63,105 nucleotides of DNA from a bacterium (GTDB lineage: Bacteria > Sysuimicrobiota > Sysuimicrobiia > Sysuimicrobiales > Kaftiobacteriaceae), in assembly GCA_036393975.1 (NCBI GenBank), contig DASWFZ010000008.1, positions 1-63,105 on the forward strand, written 5' to 3'. The position numbers and the translations under genes were made by a program. Shown piece after piece: positions 1 through 9,815 of this stretch. Within the stretch, counting starts at the first letter, position 1; every line of letters begins with the position of its first letter. The notes beneath the pieces were generated by a model. That model was given only the letters and a program-made list of their open reading frames with translations, was not told the DNA's origin and did no database searches.

Positions 1-1956
1 GAACATCCAGGCCCGGAGCGGTAGCCCGTTGGTGCGATAGTACTGAGCCAGGAACTCGTATTTCAGTTTGGCCATGTCGACGTTGGCCGGACACTCGGCC
101 TTGCAGCCCTTGCACTCCAGGCACAGGTCCAGTGCCTCGTACAAGCGCGTGCCTGTGATCTCTTGTGTGGGGAGGACCCCGGACAAGACGGCCCGCAAGA
201 GATTCGCGCGCCCTCGAGTCGAGTGCTCCTCTTCGCGCGTTACCATGTACGATGGGCACATCGTCCCTTCGGAGTTTTTGCGGCACGCGCCGAGCCCGCT
301 ACACAGCTCCACCGATCGTCCAAAGCCACCGTCTTTCGACCAGTCGAAGACCGTCGCGATAGACTGGGTGCGATAGTGCGACCCGTACCGCAGTGACTGA
401 TCCATCGGCGGACCGTTGACAATTTTGCCGGGGTTCATTAACCCGGACGGATCGAACAGTGTCTTGATCTCCTGAAACGCGCCATACACCTGAGACCCGA
501 AAAAGCGCTCCACAAACCACGACCGGACCAAGCCGTCGCCGTGCTCACCGCTCATGGTGCCCTCAAACTCGATGACCAACTCGCCCACGGCCTCGGCGAT
601 GGCTTTCATCTTCTCGATGTCGTGCTGACGCTTGAGATCGATCAGCGGCCGGACGTGGAGACACCCGACACTCGCATGTGCGTAGATCGCCGCGCGCACC
701 CCCTGGGCGTCCAGCAGAGCCTTGAACCGGCGCATGTACGCGGCTAAACGCTGGGGGGAAACGGCCGTATCCTCTACAAATGCGATCGGCTTGGCGTCGC
801 CCTTCACCCCTTGCAAGAGTCCTTGCCCAGCCTTGCGCACCCGCCAAATGTTGTCTTGGTCCGCCCCCGACGTCGCATGCACGATCGCCCCCTCGACGCC
901 TGCCGCACGCAGCGCCCGCTCCATCGCGGCGAGGCGGTCGGCAAGCTCGGCGGACGTCGCACCGGAGAGCTCCACGATCAGCAGGGCGTCCGGATCGCCC
1001 TGAACGAAGGTCATGCGCCGGGCGTATTCGAGCTGGGCGCGTGTCATCTCCAGCAACATTCGATCGATCAACTCGACTGCCGACGGAGCGAAGGACAAGA
1101 TCAACGGCACGACGTCCAACGCCGCAAAGAGGTCCGCAAAGTGGACGACCGCTAGCACGGTGCTCGCCGGCTGGGGGACGAGCCCGACGGTCGCTTCCAT
1201 CACGATGCCCAGAGTGCCTTCGGACCCCACGAGCAGGTTGATCAAGTCCGCAGGATCACGGACCAGTGCATCGAGATTGTAGCCGCTGACGCGACGCAGC
1301 AAGCGAGGAAATCGCCGGTCGATTTCCTCGCGATTGCGTTCCACGATCGCCGCCACACTCCGGCGGATCACATCCTCCCGGCCTGATACGACTGCGGGAG
1401 GTCGCCCGGGGCCGGGCCGGCGCAGGTGTAACTCGGTCCCGTCAATGAGCATCACGCGCAGTTCCTGCACGTGGTCCATCATCTTCCCATACACAATGGA
1501 GCGCGCCCCGCAGGAGTTGTTGCCGATCATCCCTCCCAGGGTCGCCCGGTTGCTGGTCGCGGTATCTGGGCCCAGCCGAAGTCCGTGGGGGCGGGCAGCC
1601 TGGTTGAGGTCGTCTTGCACCACCCCCGGCTGCACCCGTGCCAGCGGGTGGGCCGCATCGAGCTCCAAGATCCGGGACATGTACTTGGAGCAGTCCAAAA
1701 TGATTGCCCGCCCGATAGATTGCCCTGCGAGGCTGGTCCCCGCTCCGCGGGGCAAGATCGGGGTCCCCGCATCCGCGGCAATTCGCAGGGTGGCGGCGAT
1801 GTCGTCGTCGTCACGGGGAATGACGACGCCTAACGGGAGAATCTGGTAGATGCTGGCGTCAGTGCTGTAGAGAGCTCGGGAGGCCGGGTCGAAGCGAACT
1901 TCGCCTGCGACCGACGCTCTGAGCGCGCGCTCGACTTCGCTAGGATTGGCCGGCAT
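1..1956 (-). CDS. FAD-linked oxidase fused to an Fe-S (Cys-cluster) domain; the 3' part runs off the window
   Basis: Absent from the ORF track because no stop codon lies in the window. Manual translation from ATG (1956..1954) gives MPANPSEVERALRASVAGEVRFDPASRALYSTDASIYQILPLGVVIPRDDDDIAATLRIAADAGTPILPRGAGTSLAGQSIG (FAD_binding_4-type N-terminus). The in-frame window edge reads LDLCLECKGCKAECPANVDMAKLKYEFL (CxxCxxC cluster). Confidence 0.8.
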   Translation of the reverse strand, partial: MPANPSEVERALRASVAGEVRFDPASRALYSTDASIYQILPLGVVIPRDDDDIAATLRIAADAGTPILPRGAGTSLAGQSIGRAIILDCSKYMSRILELDAAHPLARVQPGVVQDDLNQAARPHGLRLGPDTATSNRATLGGMIGNNSCGARSIVYGKMMDHVQELRVMLIDGTELHLRRPGPGRPPAVVSGREDVIRRSVAAIVERNREEIDRRFPRLLRRVSGYNLDALVRDPADLINLLVGSEGTLGIVMEATVGLVPQPASTVLAVVHFADLFAALDVVPLILSFAPSAVELIDRMLLEMTRAQLEYARRMTFVQGDPDALLIVELSGATSAELADRLAAMERALRAAGVEGAIVHATSGADQDNIWRVRKAGQGLLQGVKGDAKPIAFVEDTAVSPQRLAAYMRRFKALLDAQGVRAAIYAHASVGCLHVRPLIDLKRQHDIEKMKAIAEAVGELVIEFEGTMSGEHGDGLVRSWFVERFFGSQVYGAFQEIKTLFDPSGLMNPGKIVNGPPMDQSLRYGSHYRTQSIATVFDWSKDGGFGRSVELCSGLGACRKNSEGTMCPSYMVTREEEHSTRGRANLLRAVLSGVLPTQEITGTRLYEALDLCLECKGCKAECPANVDMAKLKYEFLAQYYRTNGLPLRAWMF

Positions 1957-2037
1957 ACGCGTGAGTTGAGACTATGGTCCCGACACGCTCTGGATGGAGA
2001 TGAACGAGAGCACAGGCGCGGGGAGAGTGGCGCGCGA

Positions 2038-2544
2038 CTAGGCTTCGGGAGGAGCGGGCGGGCGACGCCGTCCCGCCCCGGCCTCCGCGGCACGCCGCGG
2101 CGCGGGACGACGACCGGGGGCCTTTTGTCCGTTCACGGTGCGGCGTAGCAGCTCTTCCTCCCACGTCACAATGCTGTGGAAGAAGACTTTGTCGCCTTCC
2201 TCCAAACCGCGCGTCACCTCAGTGATGTGGACATTGGTGGCGCCGAACTCTTTCAGGGCCCATTCCAACGCTTTCTGCGGCTTAGCAGAATCACCGCAGG
2301 TGAAAATGTCCAACGCCGCATAGCCGACTTCAGGCCACGTGTGCACGGACATGTGGGACTCGGAGATAACAATCACACCCGACACCCCGCTGGGGTTGAA
2401 CCGGTGAAATGAGGTGGACCACACATGGACACCAGCAATCTCCGCGGCGCGGACCAGGATCCGCTCCACGGCTTCAATCTTCCCGATGACACCGGACGTA
2501 CACCCGGATGCTTCGGCAATATAGTGGTGCCCTATGGTGTCCAT
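2038..2544 (-). CDS. speH: S-adenosylmethionine decarboxylase proenzyme (SpeH type) with a roughly 40-aa Arg/Pro/Ala-rich C-terminal tail
   Basis: Contains the VIVISESHMSVHTWPE self-cleavage motif. GGAGG lies 5 nt upstream of ATG 2544. Confidence 0.85.
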   Translation of the reverse strand: MDTIGHHYIAEASGCTSGVIGKIEAVERILVRAAEIAGVHVWSTSFHRFNPSGVSGVIVISESHMSVHTWPEVGYAALDIFTCGDSAKPQKALEWALKEFGATNVHITEVTRGLEEGDKVFFHSIVTWEEELLRRTVNGQKAPGRRPAPRRAAEAGAGRRRPPAPPEA

Positions 2545-2674
2545 CCCCACCTCCTTCGGGTCTTTCCCGCGTTCGAGCGCAGCGGGCCGTTACTCCGGTG
2601 AGGGCGACAGCCCTCCAACACATTCGTAACGCCGCTCGCCACCCCTGCTTTTCGCCAAAAATCCGGTGGGCCGA

Positions 2675-3304
2675 TTACCGTCGCCGGTGGCGCCACAGCT
2701 CCACGAGGATCGGCACGCCGGACAGAACAATCACGACTCCGATCGCGAGGGTGAAGTGTTCGCGCACGGCGGGAAGATTCCCGAAGAAATACCCCAGCGC
2801 CACGAACATGGTCACCCAAACGATTCCACCGAAGACATTGTAGAACAGAAATCGCCCATAGGCCATGCGCCCGACCCCGGCCACAAACGGCGCGAAGGTC
2901 CGCACGATCGGCACAAACCGGGCGAGCACGATGGTCAGACTCCCATACCGTTCAAAGAATCGCTGGGTCCGATCCAAGTATTCGCGCTTGAAGAAACGCG
3001 AATGCTCTTGACGAAACACGCGCGGACCGGCCGCCTGTCCGAGCCAGTAGTTCACGGTGTCGCCCGCGATGGCCGCCGCCGACAGCAGCGCCACCAGGAC
3101 GATCGGGGCAATGAGGCCGCGGGCAGAGAGGGCGCCCGTCGCGAACAACAACGAGTCGCCGGGGAGAAAGGGAGTCACGACCAACCCGGTCTCGGCGAAC
3201 ACGATCAGGAAGATCACCGCGTATGCCCATGTACCTACCTGCGCGAAGAGCAGATCGAGGTGGCGGTCGAGATGCAGTAGGAGGTCGACCAGCGACTGCG
3301 TCAT
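2675..3304 (-). CDS. DedA/VTT-family membrane protein
   Basis: FAETGLVVTPFLPGDSLLF and RFVPIVRTFAPFVAG are typical of DedA. The internal start MTQSLVDLL at 3304 was chosen because the longer ORF head is Arg/Gly-rich noise. Confidence 0.8.
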   Translation of the reverse strand: MTQSLVDLLLHLDRHLDLLFAQVGTWAYAVIFLIVFAETGLVVTPFLPGDSLLFATGALSARGLIAPIVLVALLSAAAIAGDTVNYWLGQAAGPRVFRQEHSRFFKREYLDRTQRFFERYGSLTIVLARFVPIVRTFAPFVAGVGRMAYGRFLFYNVFGGIVWVTMFVALGYFFGNLPAVREHFTLAIGVVIVLSGVPILVELWRHRRR

Positions 3305-3353
3305 CCGCCGTGGGGGGCGCGAGGACTCAGGGGAAGCGCGCCCCTGGTGCCCG

Positions 3354-4325
3354 TCATGGGGACTCGACCCCCCGCAAGCGCGAGTGCCGGAGTACCCGCA
3401 GCTCCCGCCGCTGCTCCGCGTCTTCCCAGCGGCGTCGTTCCGCTTCCGTAGTGGGGTGGTATGGCGGGACGGGCTGAGGCCGCCCTTGCGCATCTACGTG
3501 CACCATCGTGAGGAAGGCGGTGCACGTGTGGCGGCGGACGCCCGTGAGGGGGTTCTCAGCGAGGACCCTCACTCCGATTTCCATCGACGTCCGTCCCACG
3601 TAGTTCAGGCCCGCCTGGTAGGCGACGATTTCCCCCACGCGGATGGGAGCGAAGAACGCTAGCGCGTCGATCGACGCCGTCACGATGGGACATCGGCAGA
3701 AGCGAAGGGCAAGCAGGGAAGCGACTTCATCCAGGTGCATCATCAACCGACCCGCGAACATCAGCGTCCCGAGGACGGCATCGTCGGGAGAGACCAAGCG
3801 CGACATTTCCAGGGTGTGGGTCAGTGCGGCCGTCTCGTCTTCCTCGGCGAGCTCTGAGGGACGGTCGGCCAACCGCTTGGCACGCTCAGCCTTCCTCGTC
3901 CGCGCCGCATCAGCCAGGATCTGCTCAGCACGGTCGGCCGGAGTGATATGGATTCCGACAGGCTGCGATCGGCCCGTGTCGTCAACGGCGACCATCGCCA
4001 AGTGCGCGGAAGTCGCACGCCGCTGCCCTCCTTGCCGGGGGTCCTCAGCGTCCACATCCACGCCGACCTCTAACGAAGCGCGCCCGACGTATTCCACGTG
4101 TGCCCGGAGCGTGACCATATCTCCCACGCGCACAGCACTGAGAAAATCTAAGTCGTCCATGGCTCCCAGGACCACCGGTCCGCGGGCGAGACGCAGTGCC
4201 GCCATCGTCGCCGCCGTGGTAATCCAATCCATCATCCGCCCTCCGTAGAGGGTCCCTCGCACGTTTGCGTGCCCGGGCAGCACAAGCTGCACCATCTCGA
4301 GTTGCGTCTGGTGGATCGACGGCAT
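3354..4325 (-). CDS. Acyl-CoA thioesterase, tandem hotdog (BFIT/Acot7-like)
   Basis: Two repeats share the pattern HANxxGxLxGGxxMxWxD ... VGRTSMEVGV. Start MPSIHQ (4325) avoids overlap with the upstream gene, which ends at 4373. Confidence 0.75.
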   Translation of the reverse strand: MPSIHQTQLEMVQLVLPGHANVRGTLYGGRMMDWITTAATMAALRLARGPVVLGAMDDLDFLSAVRVGDMVTLRAHVEYVGRASLEVGVDVDAEDPRQGGQRRATSAHLAMVAVDDTGRSQPVGIHITPADRAEQILADAARTRKAERAKRLADRPSELAEEDETAALTHTLEMSRLVSPDDAVLGTLMFAGRLMMHLDEVASLLALRFCRCPIVTASIDALAFFAPIRVGEIVAYQAGLNYVGRTSMEIGVRVLAENPLTGVRRHTCTAFLTMVHVDAQGRPQPVPPYHPTTEAERRRWEDAEQRRELRVLRHSRLRGVESP

Positions 4326-4372
4326 CGCGCTCGTCTCCCCGCCCTCAATCCCGAGCAATCGCGTCTTGGCCC

Positions 4373-5734
4373 TTAGCCGGCGACCTGTTCCACCCACTGG
4401 ATAACCGTCTCGATACCCCGGTGGAAGTTGGGCAGGTGAAACTTTTCATTCGGCCCATGTGTGTTGTCATCGGGTAGCCCGAAGCCAAACACTACCGTGG
4501 GCACCTTCAACAACCGATCGAACTTGGTGACCGGCGGGATACTGCCTCCTTCTCGGACGTACACTGGATCGGCGCCCCAGACTGCCCTCGCGACCCGTGC
4601 GGCCGCTTGAATGGGCGGTACTGTCGGCACGACCAGGACGGGGTCGCCCCCAGCCAAGTCCCGGACCTCCACTTCGATTCCCGCCGGGGCCAGTTGCTTG
4701 ACCTTCTTCTCAAACGCGCGGAGCACGGTCTTCGCTCTCTGGTCGGGGACCAGCCGCATGCTAATTTTGGCGACAACCTTGGCGGGGATCACCGTTTTCG
4801 ACCCCGCCCCTGTCCATCCCCCGACAATCCCGTGCGCATCAAGGGTGGGCCGGGACCATCGGCGCTCGAGAATGCCATAGCCCTCCTCGCCCGGTGCGGC
4901 AGTGATGCCGGCCTCGCGCATGAATTCGTCCTCGCGGAACGGCAGGCGCTCCCACGAGGCCTTTTCCTCCGGAGACGGATCCCTGACCGATGCGTAGAAG
5001 CGCGGGACCGTCACACGACCGCGGCGGTCCTTGAGCCCCGCGATGATCGTGGCAACAGCATTGACCGGGTTGGGGACGGCCCCGCCATAGGTTCCGGAGT
5101 GCATGTCGTGCGCCGCCCCGCGGACTTCCACTTCGGTGTACAGCAACCCCCGCAAGCCGGTAACAATACTCGGCAGGTCGCGGGCGTACATCTGCCCGTC
5201 AGACACCCACGCCATGTTGCAGGCGAGCTTGCGCGCATGCCGGTCCATCCAGCGGGAAATTCCGGGACTGCCGATTTCCTCTTCTCCTTCGATGAGCACC
5301 TTGACGTTGAGGGGGAGCCGGCCCGCATCTTTCAGATACGCCTCCAAGGCTTTGAGGATGGCGACGATCTGGCCTTTGTCGTCGCGCGCACCGCGGGCGT
5401 AGAGGTCTTCCCCCCGCTGAGTGGGTTCGAATGGCGGGGAGGTCCACTCCGCCAGCGGGTCAACCGGCTGGACGTCGTAGTGCCCGTAGAAGAGGACCGT
5501 GGGCCGATTGGGGGCCTGCATCCACTGCGCGTAGACCATCGGGTGGCCCCCGTTGAGAGGGATGAGCTCGGCGGTCATGCCCATGTCGCGGAGTTGGGCG
5601 AGGAGCCAGTCGGCCGCCTGAAGGATGTCTTTGCGGTGGTCGGGCAGAGTGCTGATGCTTGGAATGCGCAGCAACGCCTTGAGTTCGTCCACAAATCGCG
5701 CGCGGTGCTGCCGCGCGTAGTCCAGTGCGCCCAC
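4373..5734 (-). CDS. M20-family dipeptidase / peptidase (ArgE/DapE/CPG2 superfamily)
   Basis: FYGHYDVQPVDPLAEWTSPPFEP...GARDDKGQ and LIEGEEEIGSPG motifs. GGAGGTG lies 6 nt before the GTG start. Confidence 0.85.
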   Translation of the reverse strand: MGALDYARQHRARFVDELKALLRIPSISTLPDHRKDILQAADWLLAQLRDMGMTAELIPLNGGHPMVYAQWMQAPNRPTVLFYGHYDVQPVDPLAEWTSPPFEPTQRGEDLYARGARDDKGQIVAILKALEAYLKDAGRLPLNVKVLIEGEEEIGSPGISRWMDRHARKLACNMAWVSDGQMYARDLPSIVTGLRGLLYTEVEVRGAAHDMHSGTYGGAVPNPVNAVATIIAGLKDRRGRVTVPRFYASVRDPSPEEKASWERLPFREDEFMREAGITAAPGEEGYGILERRWSRPTLDAHGIVGGWTGAGSKTVIPAKVVAKISMRLVPDQRAKTVLRAFEKKVKQLAPAGIEVEVRDLAGGDPVLVVPTVPPIQAAARVARAVWGADPVYVREGGSIPPVTKFDRLLKVPTVVFGFGLPDDNTHGPNEKFHLPNFHRGIETVIQWVEQVAG

Positions 5735-5854
5735 CTACGCCACCTCCGGCCCGCTTGAGGGTCTTGCGAAGATTTACAGTCGGCGGGATTCGTTTCCCAG
5801 GGTTCGACGGCACGAGGCGACTGCCTTCCGTCTAATCCGCGACCTGGGCGGGCG

Positions 5855-6451
5855 CTAAGGAGAGCTGGTGAACCGTAGCCGCATCGTCACGACGACGGGG
5901 TCAGAGGCTGCGAAGATGAAGAACCGCGGAATCGGAATTCCGAAATCTGTCATGCGCAGGGTGAATTTTCCGTCCACCAGATAGCTATCTTGAAGAGCGA
6001 TGACGCGTACGGGAAACTCCACCTCGTGGGTCGTTCCCTTGATCGTCAGCTGGCCGGTCACGCGTGCAGGAAAGGAGAGGGCTGCGAGCGAGCCAGTCGG
6101 AACGGCAGTGCCTTGGAACGTCATCATGGGGTACTGGTCGCTTTGCAGAAAGTCCCGGTGCATCTGGTCGTCTCGCAACCCCGACCCGGTCGTAATGCTG
6201 CGCGCATCGATGTGGGCGTCAACATCCGCGGCAAACATGCCGTCGCGTTCCCGGATGGCGACTGTCGTCTGGACGTTGCGGGCGATTCCGGTAAACCCGC
6301 CGCGATTATCGGGCACGAAGAATTCCACCTGACTGGTGGTCGGATCGAGGACGAAAGAACCGATCGGCAGGAAAGAGAGTCCTGCCGCCACGAGAATCCC
6401 GGCACCCCACCGCCTCTGCATCTCCTTTGGTAGGTACACCAGATGTGTCAC
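5855..6451 (-). CDS. YceI-like periplasmic/lipid-binding protein (start may be 6421)
   Basis: Signal-like MQRRWGAGILVAAGLSF, then HIDARSITTGSGLRDDQMHRDFLQSDQYPMMTF, typical of YceI. Confidence 0.75.
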   Translation of the reverse strand: MTHLVYLPKEMQRRWGAGILVAAGLSFLPIGSFVLDPTTSQVEFFVPDNRGGFTGIARNVQTTVAIRERDGMFAADVDAHIDARSITTGSGLRDDQMHRDFLQSDQYPMMTFQGTAVPTGSLAALSFPARVTGQLTIKGTTHEVEFPVRVIALQDSYLVDGKFTLRMTDFGIPIPRFFIFAASDPVVVTMRLRFTSSP

Positions 6452-6533
6452 AACACATTCACAAACATGTTCGATTTCAAGGAGACCCTGGGGACGATGC
6501 CAAAATTACCACTGCCAAGAATCGGCCGATCCG

Positions 6534-7382
6534 ATGATCTTCCGCCGTCTTCTCAGCACCTTGACCGACGAGGGGTCCCGGCAGACGACTGCCCGGGCCC
6601 TGGGGGTGATCTGCGTCGTGGGCTACCTGGTGACGCTGGGGACGATGGCCGCCTCAGGCGCGGGCCTGCGGCGCTGGTTCTTCGCACTGCTCATGTGGGT
6701 TGTGGTGGTGTATATCCCGCTGCGGATCGTGCTGGAAGCCATCTACTCTCTGGCCCCGGCACTCCGCACGAAGCTGATCGCCCAGACGGTTACCCGCAGC
6801 GACCGGTATGCCAGCCGCGGGACCATCGAATTGGTCGTGGACGGGTTGATTGCGGATGCGGTCCTGATGCCGCGCATCGCGACCCCGGCGCAGCACGGCA
6901 AAGTGAAGGATGGTGCGGTGGCCATCCTGATGCGCGTCCGGGAAGACGGCGATGCCGCGGTGGCGCGTGCCGCGCAGCGCTGCCTCGCCGCGGTCGAACG
7001 GTGGGTCACCGAGAGCGCGTCCTGGTCGGCAGCACAGACCGCCCACAATATCCAAGCGCGTTGGGCCACGGTCCGCGCCTTGGCCGCGCTCGCCGGGATG
7101 ACCAGGGTGCTAATCGCCGCATTCGAAGATCGGTCGGGGCAGAAGTTTTCGGCGGGCCCCGTCGATGGCGCGAGGGCCATCGCCTACCTCGAGGCCTGCT
7201 TAGATTTCTGTGACCAGCTGGCGCTCGAAGTCGACGTCGCCCCCTGGACGGAGCCCGCGCTCCATTTGGATGTTGCGCCCGCGCTGCGCGACCGGATATG
7301 GGAGGCGTGGAAGATCTACGCCGAGACCCCCTCTCCAGCGCTGGAAGCACGCCAGGCCATGGTGGAAGTGGTCCTCACGTAA
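6534..7382 (+). CDS. Hypothetical membrane-anchored protein (2 predicted TM segments plus an Ala-rich helical domain)
   Basis: The ORF has protein-like composition from MIFRRLLSTL onward. The TM stretches are ALGVICVVGYLVTLGTMAA and WFFALLMWVVVVYIPLRIVL. I recognise no family motif. Confidence 0.5.
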   Translation: MIFRRLLSTLTDEGSRQTTARALGVICVVGYLVTLGTMAASGAGLRRWFFALLMWVVVVYIPLRIVLEAIYSLAPALRTKLIAQTVTRSDRYASRGTIELVVDGLIADAVLMPRIATPAQHGKVKDGAVAILMRVREDGDAAVARAAQRCLAAVERWVTESASWSAAQTAHNIQARWATVRALAALAGMTRVLIAAFEDRSGQKFSAGPVDGARAIAYLEACLDFCDQLALEVDVAPWTEPALHLDVAPALRDRIWEAWKIYAETPSPALEARQAMVEVVLT

Positions 7383-7452
7383 CACGCAGGGCAAGAGGTC
7401 CTCAGCGTCCCTGCTACAAAGCGCGGCTGGTCGGCGTCGCTCCCTGCTCTGC

Positions 7453-8667
7453 TCATCTCTTTCCCACGAGAACGATCCATCGCTTCAGGAATGTCGGATT
7501 CTGCGTCGCCTCGTATCCGATCTGTTCCCGAGCCGGCGGGGACGCACGCCGAAGCGCCGCATCGATCGCGTCGCGACGGGCGAGATCGGTCCCCGCCAGC
7601 TCCAGCCACTCCGAGACAGCCAGACGCCGTTCCACGGTCTGCACGAGCGAAAGCGCGACACCCCACTTGGCTAGCAGCGCCTGCCAGCGGCTGGCGGGAA
7701 TGGCCCGCACATGACTGGGATCCCTCAGGATCTCCATTGACTCCATCAGCTTTCCGCCAGCTTCGTCGTCTGGGGGCACCTGATCCACCAGGCCGATCCG
7801 GCCGCCGACGGGCAGCACGCGCAGCATTTCTCCAATCGCGCGCTCCAGGTGGACGAAGTGGTGCGCGGCGCGCCGGCAGGTCACCACAGTAAACGTCGCG
7901 TCCGCAAACGGCAACGCGTCCGCATCCGCGACGGCCCACCTGATGCGGTCGCGCCCGGAGCGAAGGCCTTGGGCTTCACGCAGCATCTCCCACGTTAGGT
8001 CCACCCCGACCACGGAGCGCACAAGCGGACGGAAGGCGACGGCCGTGAATCCGGTTCCCGTCGCAACGTCGAGCAGGCGGTCGGCCGAAGTTGGCTTCAG
8101 GTGTTCCACTAACAGCTCAAGATCCGTGTCGTGCCGATGGCTGGCGCTGTGGGCATAGGCGCTAGCGCGCTGTCCGAATTGACGCTGCGTAGCCTCCTTG
8201 CCTGGATCCCGACCCCCCTGGAGGAACTGCGCGACCAGGGCAGTGATTTGGGATCGGTACGTGTGAAGCACCTCGCGCTGCTCGGGCCAGAACATCGCTG
8301 GCAGGGCATCGAGAGAGAACCATTCCGCCTGCCCCTGCACACTGCTACCCGCGTCCACGACATAGAGGAAGTAATGCGTCCTCTTCCAGGAGGTTTTCTT
8401 GAGATCGAGGCGCTCTCGCACCGCAATCTCTCCGAGGTTGACTAACCCAGCCAACCCCGCCTCCTCAGAGACTTCGCGCGCCGCCGCCTTCTCGGAGGAC
8501 TCGCCCGGCTCGACATGGCCTTTGGGCAGCACGTATCCTGGGTAACCCCCCTCACGGATCAGAGCAACAAGGAGCTGGGCGTCGCCAGGGCGGACCACTA
8601 CCCCGCCGGCGGACGCGTGTTCCGGGACGCCCGGAGGTCTTCGGTACCAGCTCTGATCGATCTCCAA
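7453..8667 (-). CDS. NUDIX hydrolase fused to a class I SAM-dependent methyltransferase
   Basis: Nudix box GHVEPGESSEKAAAREVSEEAGL in the N-terminal half. SAM motif I LLDVATGTGFTAV and LRVLPVGGRIGLVD in the C-terminal half. AAGGAGG lies 6 nt before the TTG start. Confidence 0.8.
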   Translation of the reverse strand: MEIDQSWYRRPPGVPEHASAGGVVVRPGDAQLLVALIREGGYPGYVLPKGHVEPGESSEKAAAREVSEEAGLAGLVNLGEIAVRERLDLKKTSWKRTHYFLYVVDAGSSVQGQAEWFSLDALPAMFWPEQREVLHTYRSQITALVAQFLQGGRDPGKEATQRQFGQRASAYAHSASHRHDTDLELLVEHLKPTSADRLLDVATGTGFTAVAFRPLVRSVVGVDLTWEMLREAQGLRSGRDRIRWAVADADALPFADATFTVVTCRRAAHHFVHLERAIGEMLRVLPVGGRIGLVDQVPPDDEAGGKLMESMEILRDPSHVRAIPASRWQALLAKWGVALSLVQTVERRLAVSEWLELAGTDLARRDAIDAALRRASPPAREQIGYEATQNPTFLKRWIVLVGKR

Positions 8668-8758
8668 TCTTCGCCTCCTTGTCTAGATTGTTGTGCGTTC
8701 GATGCCCAGTCCCTGGGTGCCGAAAGGAGCACTTCGCCGCGGCGAGAATTGTGTGGCC

Positions 8759-9733
8759 ATGCCCCTGCTGCTCCGCGAAGCCGACGTGGCGCGCGTTTTG
8801 AAGATGGACGACGTCATCCACACCGTCGAAGACGCCTTCCGCCATCTCGGACAGCACAAAGCCGTCAACCGCCCGCGCCAGCGGTCGACCACCGCGACCG
8901 GAACGGTCCTGCACGTGATGTCGGCAGCCCTTCCTCCACTGGGCGCCATGGGGTTGAAGGCCTACACCCACGCGAGCGGGGGGGCACGGTTCCTTGGAAT
9001 GCTTTACGGCGTCGACACAGGCGAACTGCTGGCGATGATGGAGGTCGATCTGCTCGGCCAATTGCGGACGGGCGCCGCGAGCGCGGTGGCCACCAAGTAC
9101 CTCGCGCGGACGGATGCCGGATCGCTCGGCGTTATCGGCACAGGAAAACAGGCGCGCACTCAGGTGATTGCCATCAGCCGGGTCCGGCCGATCGCCTTAG
9201 TGAAATGCTACAGTCGGACGACCGCGCACCGAGAGGCATTCGCCGACGAGATGGTGGAAGAGCTGGGCGGGGAGGTCGTGGCCGTCGACAGCGCCCGTGA
9301 CGCGGTGGATGCGGTCGATATCATTGTGACAGCGACGACGGCCAAGGACCCGATCCTGCTCGGGGAGTGGGTGGCACCCGGCGTGCACATCAACGCGATC
9401 GGATCGAATGCCGCCACCCGGCGCGAACTCGACGGTGATGCGGTGGCTCGCAGCGACCGCATCGTGGTCGACGATCTGGAGCAGGCCCAACAGGAATCCG
9501 GAGATCTCATTGCGGCCGTCCAGGCGGGGCTGTACTCGTGGGATCGAATCGTCGAACTGGGCTCCCTGGTTGTGGACGAGGCAGCGGGCCGCACGTCGGC
9601 GGAACAAATCACCTTGTTTGAATCGCAAGGCATTGCAGCCGAAGACGTGGCCACGATGAAACTCGCGTACGATCGCGCCATACAGATCGGAGTCGGAGAA
9701 CAGCTCCAAAAGGACATGACGCGGGGGGCCTGA
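8759..9733 (+). CDS. Ornithine cyclodeaminase / mu-crystallin family protein
   Basis: LRTGAASAVATKYLAR, GVIGTGKQARTQ (Rossmann) and HINAIGSN motifs. Confidence 0.8.
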   Translation: MPLLLREADVARVLKMDDVIHTVEDAFRHLGQHKAVNRPRQRSTTATGTVLHVMSAALPPLGAMGLKAYTHASGGARFLGMLYGVDTGELLAMMEVDLLGQLRTGAASAVATKYLARTDAGSLGVIGTGKQARTQVIAISRVRPIALVKCYSRTTAHREAFADEMVEELGGEVVAVDSARDAVDAVDIIVTATTAKDPILLGEWVAPGVHINAIGSNAATRRELDGDAVARSDRIVVDDLEQAQQESGDLIAAVQAGLYSWDRIVELGSLVVDEAAGRTSAEQITLFESQGIAAEDVATMKLAYDRAIQIGVGEQLQKDMTRGA

Positions 9734-9815
9734 CGTCCACACCGCGGCATCGGCCGATCGCCGATGCCGCGAGATTTCCGATTCGCCGGAGTTTCCTAGT
9801 GAGGAGAGTGTCGCC

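Noticed and set aside
4607-5758. A 383-aa plus-strand ORF, antisense to the M20 peptidase gene.
   Set aside because: It is Arg/Gly/Pro-rich with no recognisable motifs. This is a typical shadow ORF in GC-rich DNA. The opposite strand encodes a clear M20 peptidase.
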